A DNA stretch of 64,000 nt from Candidatus Cloacimonadales bacterium (GCA_963665815.1 OY762463.1:2752001-2816000), one strand, 5' to 3'. Shown: positions 40,204 to 50,591, counted from the first letter of the stretch. A program made the numbers and translations. The notes: a model not told the origin generated them from the letters alone.

Positions 40204-42381
40204 TTAGTTATAGTATGCTTCGAGAACTTCGAGAACTTCAGGTAAGTCCATTCCGAGTTCTTTCATTTTTTCAATTTTTGGAACACCATTATTATCCCAG
40301 CCACGACGTTTATAAACAGCGTCACAAAGCTTCTGATAATCGTTTTCACGCATTTGTCTGAGGTACAGACGTTTTTCATCAGTTGATTTACCGGTGATAT
40401 CCCAGTTCCATTTTTCAACTAATTGTTTGTCGTATCTTTCTTGACGTGAAAGGTATTCTTCGTTTGTAACAGGTCCTACTGATCTGTAAGGAATTCTGTC
40501 ACCTTCACGAGTTCCACCACCCATTCTGAGGTTGAATACTCTCTGGAAGTTGTATACTCTTTCTGATTGTGCTATTAAACCTTCTTTTGTTACACTTTGT
40601 CCTGTAACAGCATTAAAGATGTCAACATAGTTCTGAACGTGTTCAGGAACTTTAGCCGGTTCATCTGTTTCAGCATTATCAGCAGGCTCAACATCGTTCC
40701 AAGGAAGCTTACAAAGTCCCATAAGACCGAACCAGGTTCTGAACATCGGGAAGTAGTGAAGAGCTTCAGCTTTGTCTTCAAATGTAGGGATCTGATTGTT
40801 AACCATATCCATGAAGATAAGCCAGGCTTCATCGTGCTGAGCACCTTTAAGAGCAAGACCGTAACCACCCTGCATAGCAAGTGATTCTTTTGTCATATAC
40901 TCGGAGTATTCCATACCTTTACATTCCATTCCGATATCATCGAGGAATTGTTTGTCTGCACCGTAGTTTTCTACGAAAAGCTGTTTCATTCTCTTAATAC
41001 CAAGACCTGCGATGAGACCAAAGCCTTCTCCGCGAGCCATCTGGTGGAGAACTTCCATGGCTTCTTCACCTTTACCGAATGAAAGGTCCATGCCACCGGT
41101 TATTTCCTGATTGATAATACCGTTTTCATAACATTCCATTACGAATGCCATTGCAGTTCCGAAGGAAATTGTATCAATACCGTAAGTATCACAATAGAAG
41201 TTACATTCAACAACAAAGTGAGGGTCGAATACACCCATGTTTGCACCGAATGCAGCAGCTGTTTCGTACTCAGGTCCGTCTACAGATACGATATCGCCTT
41301 TATAAGGTCCTGTTCTCAGCATAAAACGATCTACACACTTAGCACATTGCATAGTACATCCGTACCAGCAGCCATCAGGAATACCTTGTGTAAACATTTC
41401 ACGCCATACGTGAGAAGCAATTCTTCCTGTATTGTGGTGTCTACCGAACTTGTAGTTATGAGTTGGAAGAAGATCATAATCGTCCATAATTTCTACAAGG
41501 TGAGCAGTACCAACGTGTCTCATATCACATTGATCATCATCAAGTTCATACATTTCTCTATGGTATTTAGCACTTACTTTCTTGATAGTATCAAGGTCAG
41601 CAGTTTTATTTGAATCTGGATGTAAGTAACTGAACTTACATACAAGAGCTTTAACGTTTTTGTTACGGAATACGCTTCCGAGTCCACCACGACCGGCTTG
41701 TTTAAGTCTGGCGACCTGACGTCTTCTATCGTAGAATGAGAAATTAAGACATCCGTACAGAGAGTTTTTAGCAGCATCACCTGCAGAAACAGTACAGATA
41801 TTTTTCTTTGCAAATTCATCTGATGCAAACATATCAATAACTTGCTCAGATATAAGGTGACTGTTCCAGTCTTCTTCAGGAGCTTCGTAAATCTGAACGA
41901 GTCCTTCGTCTCCATCTACAAATACTATAACAGGTTTTTCAGCAATACCCTGAACTTCGATAGCATCCCATCCTGAGAATTTAAGGTAAGGACCAAAGTA
42001 TCCACCAACATTACTGTCTACAGGAAGTCCTGTAGTAGGGGAGATACCCATAACAATTGATTTACCTGTTCCCGGATACTGAGTGATACCACCCATAGGA
42101 CCTGCAGAAATAACGATTTCGTTTTCCGGAGAATCCCATTTTGTATCAGGATTAACAGCATCCCATAATAATTTTATATCAAATCCTCTACCACCGGTGA
42201 ATTTCTCTTTTATAACCGGATCGAGGTCTTTTGCTTTAATCGTGTTATCACCGACATTAACATATAAAGTTCTGTCTGTATAACCTTTATTAAGTTCTTT
42301 TACTTCGTACTTGAATTCTTTTAATAATACATGAGCTTCTTTAATTTTTTCTGCATCATAAGGATTTTGGTAAATATTCAC
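40204..42381 (-). CDS. aor: Aldehyde:ferredoxin oxidoreductase family (tungsten-pterin) enzyme
   Basis: GGRG, ISPTTG, DSNVGG, AGRGGLG, CWYGCTMQC, GPEYET, CDTYGIDTIS, YKRRGWDNNGVP. Confidence 0.9.
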   Translation of the reverse strand: MNIYQNPYDAEKIKEAHVLLKEFKYEVKELNKGYTDRTLYVNVGDNTIKAKDLDPVIKEKFTGGRGFDIKLLWDAVNPDTKWDSPENEIVISAGPMGGITQYPGTGKSIVMGISPTTGLPVDSNVGGYFGPYLKFSGWDAIEVQGIAEKPVIVFVDGDEGLVQIYEAPEEDWNSHLISEQVIDMFASDEFAKKNICTVSAGDAAKNSLYGCLNFSFYDRRRQVARLKQAGRGGLGSVFRNKNVKALVCKFSYLHPDSNKTADLDTIKKVSAKYHREMYELDDDQCDMRHVGTAHLVEIMDDYDLLPTHNYKFGRHHNTGRIASHVWREMFTQGIPDGCWYGCTMQCAKCVDRFMLRTGPYKGDIVSVDGPEYETAAAFGANMGVFDPHFVVECNFYCDTYGIDTISFGTAMAFVMECYENGIINQEITGGMDLSFGKGEEAMEVLHQMARGEGFGLIAGLGIKRMKQLFVENYGADKQFLDDIGMECKGMEYSEYMTKESLAMQGGYGLALKGAQHDEAWLIFMDMVNNQIPTFEDKAEALHYFPMFRTWFGLMGLCKLPWNDVEPADNAETDEPAKVPEHVQNYVDIFNAVTGQSVTKEGLIAQSERVYNFQRVFNLRMGGGTREGDRIPYRSVGPVTNEEYLSRQERYDKQLVEKWNWDITGKSTDEKRLYLRQMRENDYQKLCDAVYKRRGWDNNGVPKIEKMKELGMDLPEVLEVLEAYYN

Positions 42382-42800
42382 TGATGCCTCCTGTAAAATA
42401 CTTTTTCAATTGGATCAGGTTGTTCTTCAATGGATATAGCACCTGTAGGGCATTCTTTAACACATAAACCGCATGCAATACACTTGAACGGTTTTTCAAC
42501 GCCATCAGCGATGAACATTGAAAGTGTAGGACAATATCCAACACATGAAAGACAGCCAACACATGTTTTCTCGTTAAGTCTGATAATTCCTCTTGCATCT
42601 CTTGTAAGAGCTTCTACTGGACAGACTCCCATACATTCGCCGCATTGAGTACATGCATTAAGTGTATTTTTTTCTTCTGATTTAGTAACCTGAATACGAG
42701 ATTTAGCTTTGTTGTTTTCTTTGAACCAGGTTGTGGAGCATTTTTCTTCGCATTTTCCACATCCTATGCAAAGTTCTTCCTTACGGACTAAAACCTTCAT
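42378..42800 (-). CDS. 4Fe-4S polyferredoxin subunit of AOR
   Basis: Four CxxCxxCxxxC(P) motifs; overlaps the aor start. Confidence 0.9.
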   Translation of the reverse strand: MKVLVRKEELCIGCGKCEEKCSTTWFKENNKAKSRIQVTKSEEKNTLNACTQCGECMGVCPVEALTRDARGIIRLNEKTCVGCLSCVGYCPTLSMFIADGVEKPFKCIACGLCVKECPTGAISIEEQPDPIEKVFYRRHQ

Positions 42801-43103
42801 GGAAACCTCCGAATGTTATTTTTTTTATTTAATTAATATATTTTCTGAAGTGATTTGTTATCAATTTGTTCCTTTATAGCGTCCAGTTTTATACAGCAAA
42901 CCAATATTTCTGTTGTTTAGTCGAATTGTCAAAGATTTTTCATTTAAAATAGAATCAGCAAAGAAGTTGATAAGTAATCCTTTCAAAAATTAGTCATGTT
43001 CTGTAAAATTTAAAAAATAGTCAGATCTGTTAATCAGGTTTTGTTTGTGTTTTCTGAAACTCTGAAATAGTTATGTCTTAATTGATTAATATAAGGTCAT
43101 AAC

Positions 43104-43138
43104 AAAAAAGAACCCGACGAATCAACTATCGGGTTCTC
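43104..43138 (-). terminator. Rho-independent terminator
   Basis: AGAACCCGA...TCGGGTTCT with an A-run on the left. Confidence 0.75.
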
Positions 43139-43155
43139 GTAAGAAAAGGTATAAT

Positions 43156-44469
43156 TTATTTGATTAATACCGCTTTTTTAATTTCTTTAGATGTTTTTGT
43201 TACGAAACTGAAGAAATAAATGCCTGTTGATACTTCTTCATTATCATTCGATTTACCATTCCAGTTTACTACATGTGATCCTGCTTCAAAAATACCAAGA
43301 TTTTTTACAAGCTGACCTTTTGAATTGTACACTTTTACTGTTCCTGTTTCACCTTCGGTGATATCAAATGCAATGTTTGTTTCAGGATTAAATGGATTAG
43401 GGTAAACAGATTTCATATGAGATACAAGCTCAGCTCCGGGAGCTTTAACTTCATCTTTTTTAAGAACAACCTGTGCCGGTCCATGTAGGTTTTGACTTCC
43501 ATCGAAATTAATCGATTCAAGCCAGTAGTAAACAATTTTACCATAGTTTTCAGCTACATTCAAGTCTGTATCTTCAAAGCTGTATGTTGAAGCATGAGAA
43601 GAATTGTGAGCTGTAATTATTGCAGGATTAACTCTTACTGCATTAGAGATTGTCTCGTCCTGTGCTCTGAATACATTGTATCCCAGAAGATCTGTTTCAG
43701 TTTGACTGACCCATTTTATCTCGGCTGTCTCTGTAGCTGTAAGAGTAGCTGTGAAAGAAGAAAGTTCAACTGGGAGTGAACCGTCTTCTACTTGCCAGAT
43801 TGCATTAGCTATAAAGCCTGTATTGCCTAATATAGAGCTGTCATTAGCAATTGTGTTAACACCTTCGTCAAGTTTTGCATATAAAACAAGTTCAGGACCT
43901 GCATCAACTATATCTGAATGCATGTTATCAATGATTTCCTGCTGTGTTCTGACAGTATTCCATACTCTTAAGTTTGCAATTTTTCCGTTGAAATAGTAAG
44001 ATTCAGCTCCTCTTCTGCCAAGATATACTGGTTCAATTGAGTTTGTAATAGCGGAAGACAATGGATTAGGACCAACATTTGTTAACGAGATATCAACGCC
44101 ATTAATAAAACATTGAGCAAATGAAACTGATGGATTGTATATCATTGCTACATGGTTCCACATATTTGGCAAAAAACTTCCTGCCGGTGTATCAAGATAT
44201 ACAAAATCTGTAGGGATGAACCTAAGTGAATAATCTGGTGAAGTATGAATTTCAAGTTCTTCATAATCTTTAGCAACAAGAAATCCAATATCGTTACCTG
44301 ACCAGAAAACCCACATTTCGATTGTTATTGCAGACACATTATAAGCTGCATTATGCGGAAATACAACAAAGTCACCATCTCCGTCAAATAACAGGGAATT
44401 GTCATTTTGCCCCGCAAAACAGAAAGCTGCAATTAATAGAAAAACGAAAATCAGTAATTTGTTTTTCAT
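43156..44469 (-). CDS. Secreted LamG/pentraxin-like jelly-roll protein with LPVELSSF linker domain and YPNPFNP/FlgD-Ig C-terminal domain
   Basis: SLLFDGDGDFV, TIEMW, WNHVA, FNGKIANLRVWNTVRTQQEI; LPVELSSFTA; VYPNPFNPET. Confidence 0.82.
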   Translation of the reverse strand: MKNKLLIFVFLLIAAFCFAGQNDNSLLFDGDGDFVVFPHNAAYNVSAITIEMWVFWSGNDIGFLVAKDYEELEIHTSPDYSLRFIPTDFVYLDTPAGSFLPNMWNHVAMIYNPSVSFAQCFINGVDISLTNVGPNPLSSAITNSIEPVYLGRRGAESYYFNGKIANLRVWNTVRTQQEIIDNMHSDIVDAGPELVLYAKLDEGVNTIANDSSILGNTGFIANAIWQVEDGSLPVELSSFTATLTATETAEIKWVSQTETDLLGYNVFRAQDETISNAVRVNPAIITAHNSSHASTYSFEDTDLNVAENYGKIVYYWLESINFDGSQNLHGPAQVVLKKDEVKAPGAELVSHMKSVYPNPFNPETNIAFDITEGETGTVKVYNSKGQLVKNLGIFEAGSHVVNWNGKSNDNEEVSTGIYFFSFVTKTSKEIKKAVLIK

Positions 44470-44497
44470 TTTAACTCCTTTGAATTTATTGGTTTTT

Positions 44498-44821
44498 TTA
44501 CTTAAATGTAATTATATGACTGATGAGCGAAAAAAGTGATTCCTTATTCGAAAACAAATTCACGTTTGAAAATTTGTTTATTTTTCTGTTGCTTTCTGAA
44601 ATCCAGAATCTTGTTTCCGAGTAAACATTTACAAAGCTTTCGATTACATGATACTCCTTTCTCTCGAGTTTCAATATTGCATAGTCTATATTATATGTTT
44701 TAAGTATTCTGATTATATCTGAAACAGAAATTGCAAAATAAAAACTTACATTTTTGTTTGTGGCAAGATTTTCAATTTTTTGAATACTATCATCATATAC
44801 ATTATAAATCAGCAAATTCAT
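44498..44821 (-). CDS. Small hypothetical protein, possibly a degenerate receiver-like fold
   Basis: 107 aa with beta-alpha alternation (MNLLIY...IIRILKTYNIDYAIL); no clear phospho-acceptor motif. Confidence 0.5.
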   Translation of the reverse strand: MNLLIYNVYDDSIQKIENLATNKNVSFYFAISVSDIIRILKTYNIDYAILKLERKEYHVIESFVNVYSETRFWISESNRKINKFSNVNLFSNKESLFSLISHIITFK

Positions 44822-44843
44822 ATTTCAACCTTTATATAGCTAA

Positions 44844-44860
44844 TGCAATAATGCTGCCAA
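44844..44860 (-). promoter_or_regulatory. Sigma-54 (-24/-12) promoter
   Basis: TTGGCAGCATTATTGCA = TGGC-N8-TGC (GG-N10-GC), ending 23 bp before the ATG at 44821. Confidence 0.8.
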
Positions 44861-44931
44861 AATAGTAATTATAACAAGAATAGTGTTTTATGGAAACATT
44901 TTGAGTAGTTCGTTAGTGAAAATAACCAGAA

Positions 44932-44947
44932 TTGACGAAATCGTCAA
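44932..44947. promoter_or_regulatory. Putative upstream activator (enhancer) palindrome
   Basis: TTGACGA-AA-TCGTCAA, perfect 7-bp IR about 70-90 bp upstream of the sigma-54 site. Confidence 0.6.
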
Positions 44948-44986
44948 GAAAAATGGATCATAAGTTTACAAAATGTCGAATACGTC

Positions 44987-45084
44987 ATGTATTTTCTATT
45001 AGAATGAGTATTGTGTCATTTTCGTCAAAAACTTGATGTATTTTCTATTAGAATGAGTATTGTGTCATTTTCGTCAAAAACTTG
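44987..45084. repeat. Perfect tandem duplication, 2 x 49 bp
   Basis: ATGTATTTTCTATTAGAATGAGTATTGTGTCATTTTCGTCAAAAACTTG at 44987-45035 and 45036-45084. Confidence 0.95.
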
Positions 45085-47452
45085 TTTTTTTAATTCCGTA
45101 TTTTATCATACGACGTTCAAGTGACTTCGGAGTTATTCCGAGTAGTTTTGCTGCATTTGACTGGTGGAAATATGTTTTTCTGAGAGCCTTTATGACCATC
45201 ATTTTCTCATTTTCTTTTAGAGGAATAATTTCTACATCCTCAGCCGTTTTTTTGGGAATATTGAAGTGTCTGAGCTTCAAAGTTGAAGAATTTGTTAGAA
45301 TCATTGCCCTTTCTACCATGTTTTTGAGTTCTCTTACATTTCCTGGGAAAGTATATGACATTAAGGCAGAATTGACTTGATTTTCAATTTTAAGAATCTT
45401 TTTTCCAAAAGTATTGCTGAATTGTTTTACAAAGTGTTCAAGAAGAAGTGGAATATCTTCTACTCTGTTTCTCAGAGGAGGAACATTGATCACAAAGGTG
45501 GAAAGCCTGTGATAAAGATCACTTCGGAATTGATTCAGAGATATCTTTTCCTGAATATCGTCATTTGTAGCGCTGATGACTCTTATGTCAGTATTGAATA
45601 TCTGAGTCGAACCAACAGGAGTATACTTCTGGTCTTCAAGAACGCGAAGCAGTTTTGATTGGACTAGGGAGTTTAGAGTGCTGATTTCATCAAGAAACAA
45701 TGTTCCCTGATTGGCAACCTTAAACCATCCGGGCTTATCTGAGTTTGCCCCTGTGAAAGAATTCTTCATATGCCCGAAAAATTCACTTTCGAAAAGAGTT
45801 TCCGGAATTGCTGATACATTCACCGCACAGAAATTGTTGCTTTTTCTATTACTGAAATCATGTATAGCCCGTGCTACAAGTTCTTTTCCTGTTCCTGTTT
45901 CTCCGGTTATCAAAATTGACGTTGAACTTGCCTGAGCAACTTTATGAATCAGAGTAATGATATTTTTAACTGCTTTATTTTCACCGATTATTATTGAACC
46001 AATATTTGCTTTCAGTTGCCTGTTAATATTGTCATAACGTATTTCCGTTTCCTTCAACTTTTTGAGAGCTCTTTCAATTTTCTGCTTCTGCTTATTAATA
46101 ATCTCATTCTTTGATTCCAACTCTATGGTTTTTATTCGATATAATTCAGCCTCTCTCTCTTTAGATTCTACCTCATAAACGGTCTGCATTGTAGCGAGTC
46201 TTTTATTAAAGTCCTTTGCATTGAAATCCTCACTTGAATCAACAAGCCTGGAATAATATTTTACTGACGTAATGTAATTGGAAGTTTCATTTTCTAATTT
46301 AGCAAGTTCCTTTAAAATTGTTTTTTCAAGTGTTGAATAACCGTTTTTATCACAAATTTCTAAACCGATTTTTAAATATTTCCTGCTTTCATCATGTTTT
46401 CCCTGATAATTAAAAAGTTGCCCTTTCTGAAGATAAATATTTACTAATTGAAACATATCTTTCATTTCTCTGGCCAAAATTTCCGCTTCATTAAGACAGA
46501 TGGATGAATTACCATATTCTTTTTTGTTTAGATAAAGGATTCCAAGTTCAGTGAGATTCTGGGAATGTGTTTTCTTAAGTTTTAGATTACAGCATATTTC
46601 AATTGATGCTTCATAAAAGTTAATTGCTTGAACATACTTGTTTTGACTTGCAGATACTATACCAAGATTATAGAGAATGTTAGCCTGAGCTGGAAGATCT
46701 TTTTTCTCTTCTTCCATTTTCAAGGCAGTACTAAAAGCAGTATATGCTTTATCATACTGGGAAATATCACAATACACACTCGCAATATTATTGTACAGTT
46801 GAGACTGTAAATGTTCATTGTTCTTTACTTTGCAAATTCTTAATGATTCATTAAAGTTTTCAAAAGCCTTATCGTAGCATCCTAATGCATAATAGACTGA
46901 TGCAAGAATATTCAACATATATTCTTCTTTATCAAGGTTATACTTTCTACAGATTTCCAGTGCTTTAAGTGCATGTTCCAAGGCAGATTCATGGTTACCC
47001 ATGCATCTCAAAGCGATTGCCATATCTGCGAGAGCAAATGCTAAGGGTTGATGTGAATTTCCCTCTTTATGTATTTCTTTAAGTAGTGTGTACTTTTTTA
47101 ATGCTTTATCATATTCCTGATACTGTAAATACTCTCTTGCAATGTATTCCATAACATTTATGAAAATTAGATTTTTACCAACCGAAGTATCTTCATGTTG
47201 TTTCAGTTCAGTTAGAAGTTTTTCAACCTTTTCATCATTTTCATTGGCAAATTCAAACATTAACAGAAATATTATTCTTGTAGTTTTCTCGTAATAATCA
47301 CCTGAATTGCCATAACCTACATCAATGATATTTACTATATCATTCTCAGAAACTTCATCGAATAATAATTCAATATTTTTTATAAGTTCAGTGCTCCACT
47401 CTATATCATTTTCTTTATAAGAGTCTACTTCTTTTAATAGCTTTCGAATCAT
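45074..47452 (-). CDS. TPR-repeat sigma-54-dependent transcriptional activator (TPR + coiled coil + AAA+ + Fis HTH)
   Basis: Start re-called at ATG 47452 (GGAG RBS); TPRs (LYNNIASVY, ILYNLGIV); GETGTGKE, NSFTGA, LFLDEI, FPGNVREL, AAKLLGI. Confidence 0.9.
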   Translation of the reverse strand: MIRKLLKEVDSYKENDIEWSTELIKNIELLFDEVSENDIVNIIDVGYGNSGDYYEKTTRIIFLLMFEFANENDEKVEKLLTELKQHEDTSVGKNLIFINVMEYIAREYLQYQEYDKALKKYTLLKEIHKEGNSHQPLAFALADMAIALRCMGNHESALEHALKALEICRKYNLDKEEYMLNILASVYYALGCYDKAFENFNESLRICKVKNNEHLQSQLYNNIASVYCDISQYDKAYTAFSTALKMEEEKKDLPAQANILYNLGIVSASQNKYVQAINFYEASIEICCNLKLKKTHSQNLTELGILYLNKKEYGNSSICLNEAEILAREMKDMFQLVNIYLQKGQLFNYQGKHDESRKYLKIGLEICDKNGYSTLEKTILKELAKLENETSNYITSVKYYSRLVDSSEDFNAKDFNKRLATMQTVYEVESKEREAELYRIKTIELESKNEIINKQKQKIERALKKLKETEIRYDNINRQLKANIGSIIIGENKAVKNIITLIHKVAQASSTSILITGETGTGKELVARAIHDFSNRKSNNFCAVNVSAIPETLFESEFFGHMKNSFTGANSDKPGWFKVANQGTLFLDEISTLNSLVQSKLLRVLEDQKYTPVGSTQIFNTDIRVISATNDDIQEKISLNQFRSDLYHRLSTFVINVPPLRNRVEDIPLLLEHFVKQFSNTFGKKILKIENQVNSALMSYTFPGNVRELKNMVERAMILTNSSTLKLRHFNIPKKTAEDVEIIPLKENEKMMVIKALRKTYFHQSNAAKLLGITPKSLERRMIKYGIKKTSF

Positions 47453-47604
47453 ACTTGCTCCCAAATTTTTAATCTGAGTGATAGGAACGTTCACATGCTT
47501 GAATTTCTTTTATTACAGAGTAAATATTTTTAGCAAGAAAAAAATTCTTTAGAAAAAGTATTACTCTAAATTATCTCGTTCATAAATTCACTCGGTATAG
47601 ACTG

Positions 47605-47633
47605 AAAAAAAAACCGCCTTTTAAGGCGGTTTC
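47605..47633 (-). terminator. Rho-independent terminator
   Basis: AAACCGCCTT-TT-AAGGCGGTTT with an A-run on the left. Confidence 0.8.
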
Positions 47634-47683
47634 TCAGATTTGAGGAAGGTATATATATGAGGAAAATTACATTATATTATAGT

Positions 47684-50110
47684 TTATTCGTACTGTAGAG
47701 CTTCGGCAGCATTAGTGCGAGATGCTTTCTGTACCATCAGATAAACGGTTGTCAGACCAATAAGGTATGTTACAGCGAATCCAAGAATAAAGACGGTTAC
47801 ATCTATGTCTATGTGGAAAGCAAACTCTGAGAGCCACCATTTTGTAAGTCTGTAAGTCGGGTAGATTGCTATTGCATTGGCTATCGTTATCAGTATCAGA
47901 AATTCTCTGGTGAACATCAAAATAATATTGTTAACCTCAGCTCCAAACACTTTTCTGATTGCTACTTCTTTAGTACGTTGTCTTGTGGTGAAGGATGTAA
48001 GACCAATTAAGCCCATTGCAGAGATAATTATTGTCAACAGAGTGAAGAATGCAATGATCTTACCCATATTCATTTCTTTCTTATACTGAGCATCATATTT
48101 TACATCGAGAAACTCAAACTCAAATGGAACCTGAGGGACAATCTTGTTCCATATTGTTTCAATATTCCTGACAATTTTATTCGGATTTGCTGAGTCAAAT
48201 TTGATGACTGTACTTTTGTTGTAATGGGGAAATACATGGATCAACAAAGGTTCTACTGCATTATGAATTGAAGCATAATTAAAGTCTTTTACAATACCGA
48301 TGATTTTTCCTGCTTTTGGTTCAGGTAGATTATATGTATACTCAAAATCCATTCCAACGGGATTCTCAAGTCCAAGAGCTTTTACAGCTGCTTCATTCAG
48401 TATAAATGCGTTGTTCGGATCATTAGGGTACTCCCGTGAAAATCCTCTTCCGTCAATTATTTCCAGTTTCAGTGTTTCTAACAGATCAATATCTCCACTG
48501 AGTGTTCTGATGGCAAAGATTCCCTGAGCCTCCTGCCCTTGTTGAAGTGCCTGCTGCCTTAAATATTCCATTCTGGCAGACAGTACAGGTACACGCTCTC
48601 CCGGAACTGTGCTTATTCCGGATACTGACTTAATTTCACTCTGGTTCAGTAATTCTGTTTTTAAAGCATCAAAAGATCTATGTGTATATGGTAGAATGAC
48701 TATGTTTTCCTTCTGGAATCCAAGGTCTTTGTTTTCTATGTATCTGAGCTGCATATACATTATGGATGAGCCTATTATAAGGAATCCAGAGATAGAAAAC
48801 TGAAGTATGACAAGAACTTTTCGGAGAAATCCTTTAGACGATTTTACAGAACCCTGGCTTCCAAGTTTCAGTACATGTAAAGGATTGAATTGAGAAAGAA
48901 CAACAGCCGGATAGAAACCTGCCAAAAATCCTGTAATAAGTATAAGAATACCAAAAGAGGATAAGAACTGCCAGTTTGAAAGGAATTCCAGATTTATTTT
49001 CTGCTGCAACATTTTATTGAACATAGGAAGAGAAAGTTCAACAAATGCAATGGAGATTATCAATGCAAATGCAACAATAATGACAGATTCAATAAGAAAC
49101 TGCATGAAAATATCGCTTTTTTCTGCTGAGAATACTTTTCTTATACCAACTTCTTTTGCTCTTTTTGTCGATTGAGCTGTGGAAAGATTTATGTAGTTCA
49201 GAAGGGCAATCAGAAGAACAAGTATTGCCACAGATCCGAAAATATAAATGAAGTACAGATTTCCGTTTGGCTCAATCTCTTTTTCCGAATGCCCTGTCAG
49301 GTGGATTTTCTTTAGTGGGTTAAATATCAGATTCTGAGATGAGTTCTTTCTGGTTTCTTCATCAGGCTCAGGCTGTTTTGTTATTGCATATATATCCTTG
49401 TTCGCCTGTTCTCTTGTTTTTTCAAGAGCTTCGCTGCTATCAAAACTTATGTAAGAGTAGAAGACAGAAGGCCCAGCTTGATCTACTCCGGGCCAACGTT
49501 GTCTGAGAGAGTTAAGAGAAATAAATATATCAAAATGGAAATGTGTTTCTTCAGGGATGTCCTGCATAACTCCGGATACTTTTAGAGGACCCGCAGGTGA
49601 TTCCAGAACTTTCCCTACAACATTGGTATCTCCAAAGTATTTCAAAGCTGTAGATTTTGTAAGAACTGCTGTTGAAGGTTCAATCAGTGCCGTTTTTTTG
49701 TCTCCCTGAAGCAGATCGAATGAGAACACATTAAAGAATGTACTGTCTGCATAACATACAGAGTGCTCGACAAATTTCTTTTCTTCATAGCTGAGTAGAA
49801 TAGGGAAGTGCATCTGATTTATTTTCACTGCATTCGAGCATTCCGGATATCTGTTCTGAAGCTCAGGAAGAATATCACCGGTTGTAGAAGCCCATTGTCC
49901 TTCAATTTCTCCCTGTTTATATGCAAACTCTATGCGACAGATGTTATTGTAATTATCAAAAAATCTGTCATAACTAAGTTCCTTTTGAATAAATAAAGCG
50001 ATTAACAGACAAACAGCAATTCCGAGAGAAAGTCCCAGAATATTGATTATTGAATAAATTTTGTTTCTGGAAAAACTGCGAAAAGCAGTTACAATAAAAT
50101 TTTGCAGCAT
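47684..50110 (-). CDS. MacB/FtsX-type duplicated ABC transporter permease
   Basis: Start re-called at ATG 50110; INILGLSLG, RAKEVGIRKVFSA, RTKEVAIRKVFGA, two periplasmic domains. Confidence 0.92.
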   Translation of the reverse strand: MLQNFIVTAFRSFSRNKIYSIINILGLSLGIAVCLLIALFIQKELSYDRFFDNYNNICRIEFAYKQGEIEGQWASTTGDILPELQNRYPECSNAVKINQMHFPILLSYEEKKFVEHSVCYADSTFFNVFSFDLLQGDKKTALIEPSTAVLTKSTALKYFGDTNVVGKVLESPAGPLKVSGVMQDIPEETHFHFDIFISLNSLRQRWPGVDQAGPSVFYSYISFDSSEALEKTREQANKDIYAITKQPEPDEETRKNSSQNLIFNPLKKIHLTGHSEKEIEPNGNLYFIYIFGSVAILVLLIALLNYINLSTAQSTKRAKEVGIRKVFSAEKSDIFMQFLIESVIIVAFALIISIAFVELSLPMFNKMLQQKINLEFLSNWQFLSSFGILILITGFLAGFYPAVVLSQFNPLHVLKLGSQGSVKSSKGFLRKVLVILQFSISGFLIIGSSIMYMQLRYIENKDLGFQKENIVILPYTHRSFDALKTELLNQSEIKSVSGISTVPGERVPVLSARMEYLRQQALQQGQEAQGIFAIRTLSGDIDLLETLKLEIIDGRGFSREYPNDPNNAFILNEAAVKALGLENPVGMDFEYTYNLPEPKAGKIIGIVKDFNYASIHNAVEPLLIHVFPHYNKSTVIKFDSANPNKIVRNIETIWNKIVPQVPFEFEFLDVKYDAQYKKEMNMGKIIAFFTLLTIIISAMGLIGLTSFTTRQRTKEVAIRKVFGAEVNNIILMFTREFLILITIANAIAIYPTYRLTKWWLSEFAFHIDIDVTVFILGFAVTYLIGLTTVYLMVQKASRTNAAEALQYE

Positions 50111-50141
50111 AGAAGCTCCGAAAGTTTTTTGCTTAATGTAA

Positions 50142-50158
50142 TGCATGTTCTGTGCCTA
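50142..50158 (-). promoter_or_regulatory. Sigma-54 (-24/-12) promoter of the ABC permease
   Basis: TAGGCACAGAACATGCA = GG-N10-GC. Confidence 0.65.
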
Positions 50159-50211
50159 TTCCTTAAATGTTGATACAACAGGGTATTTAGTAATTTTAGT
50201 ATATAGTAAAA

Positions 50212-50247
50212 TGCACGAATGCGAACATAAATGTCCGTTAGTGTACA
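50212..50247. promoter_or_regulatory. Tandem enhancer-like TG(T/C)-N10-ACA boxes
   Basis: TGCACGAATGCGAACA (50212-50227) and TGTCCGTTAGTGTACA (50232-50247). Confidence 0.55.
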
Positions 50248-50309
50248 TCAGTAATAAATTTTTACTTGAAAATTATTCGCAGTGTCTGTAATTTATACTT
50301 GAGGAAAAA

Positions 50310-50582
50310 ATGAGAATAGATCAGTTACTTAATACGTTATGTCTCGTGAAGACGAGATCAATTGCAAAGAAGGCGTGCGATAAAGGTTTAGTTAGAATTA
50401 ACAATAAGCAGGCAAAGTCTTCAGCAAAAATCTGTGAAAATGATACAATAGAATTTGACTTGTTCGGACACAGAACTAATATTACGATCAAGACAATACC
50501 AAAGGGAAATGTATCTAAGAAAAGTGCCCCGGAATACTATTCGATGAACTTCAGAGACAAACTTGATATTCCGGAAAGTTAA
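50310..50582 (+). CDS. S4-domain RNA-binding protein (HslR/YabO-like)
   Basis: MRIDQLL..LCLVKTRSIAKKACDKGLVRIN. Confidence 0.9.
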   Translation: MRIDQLLNTLCLVKTRSIAKKACDKGLVRINNKQAKSSAKICENDTIEFDLFGHRTNITIKTIPKGNVSKKSAPEYYSMNFRDKLDIPES

Positions 50583-50591
50583 GGAAGTACT

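Noticed and set aside
44987..45084. CRISPR array or DGR template/variable repeat
   Set aside because: Two abutting identical units with no spacer, no adenine-specific mismatches, and no cas or RT gene in the window
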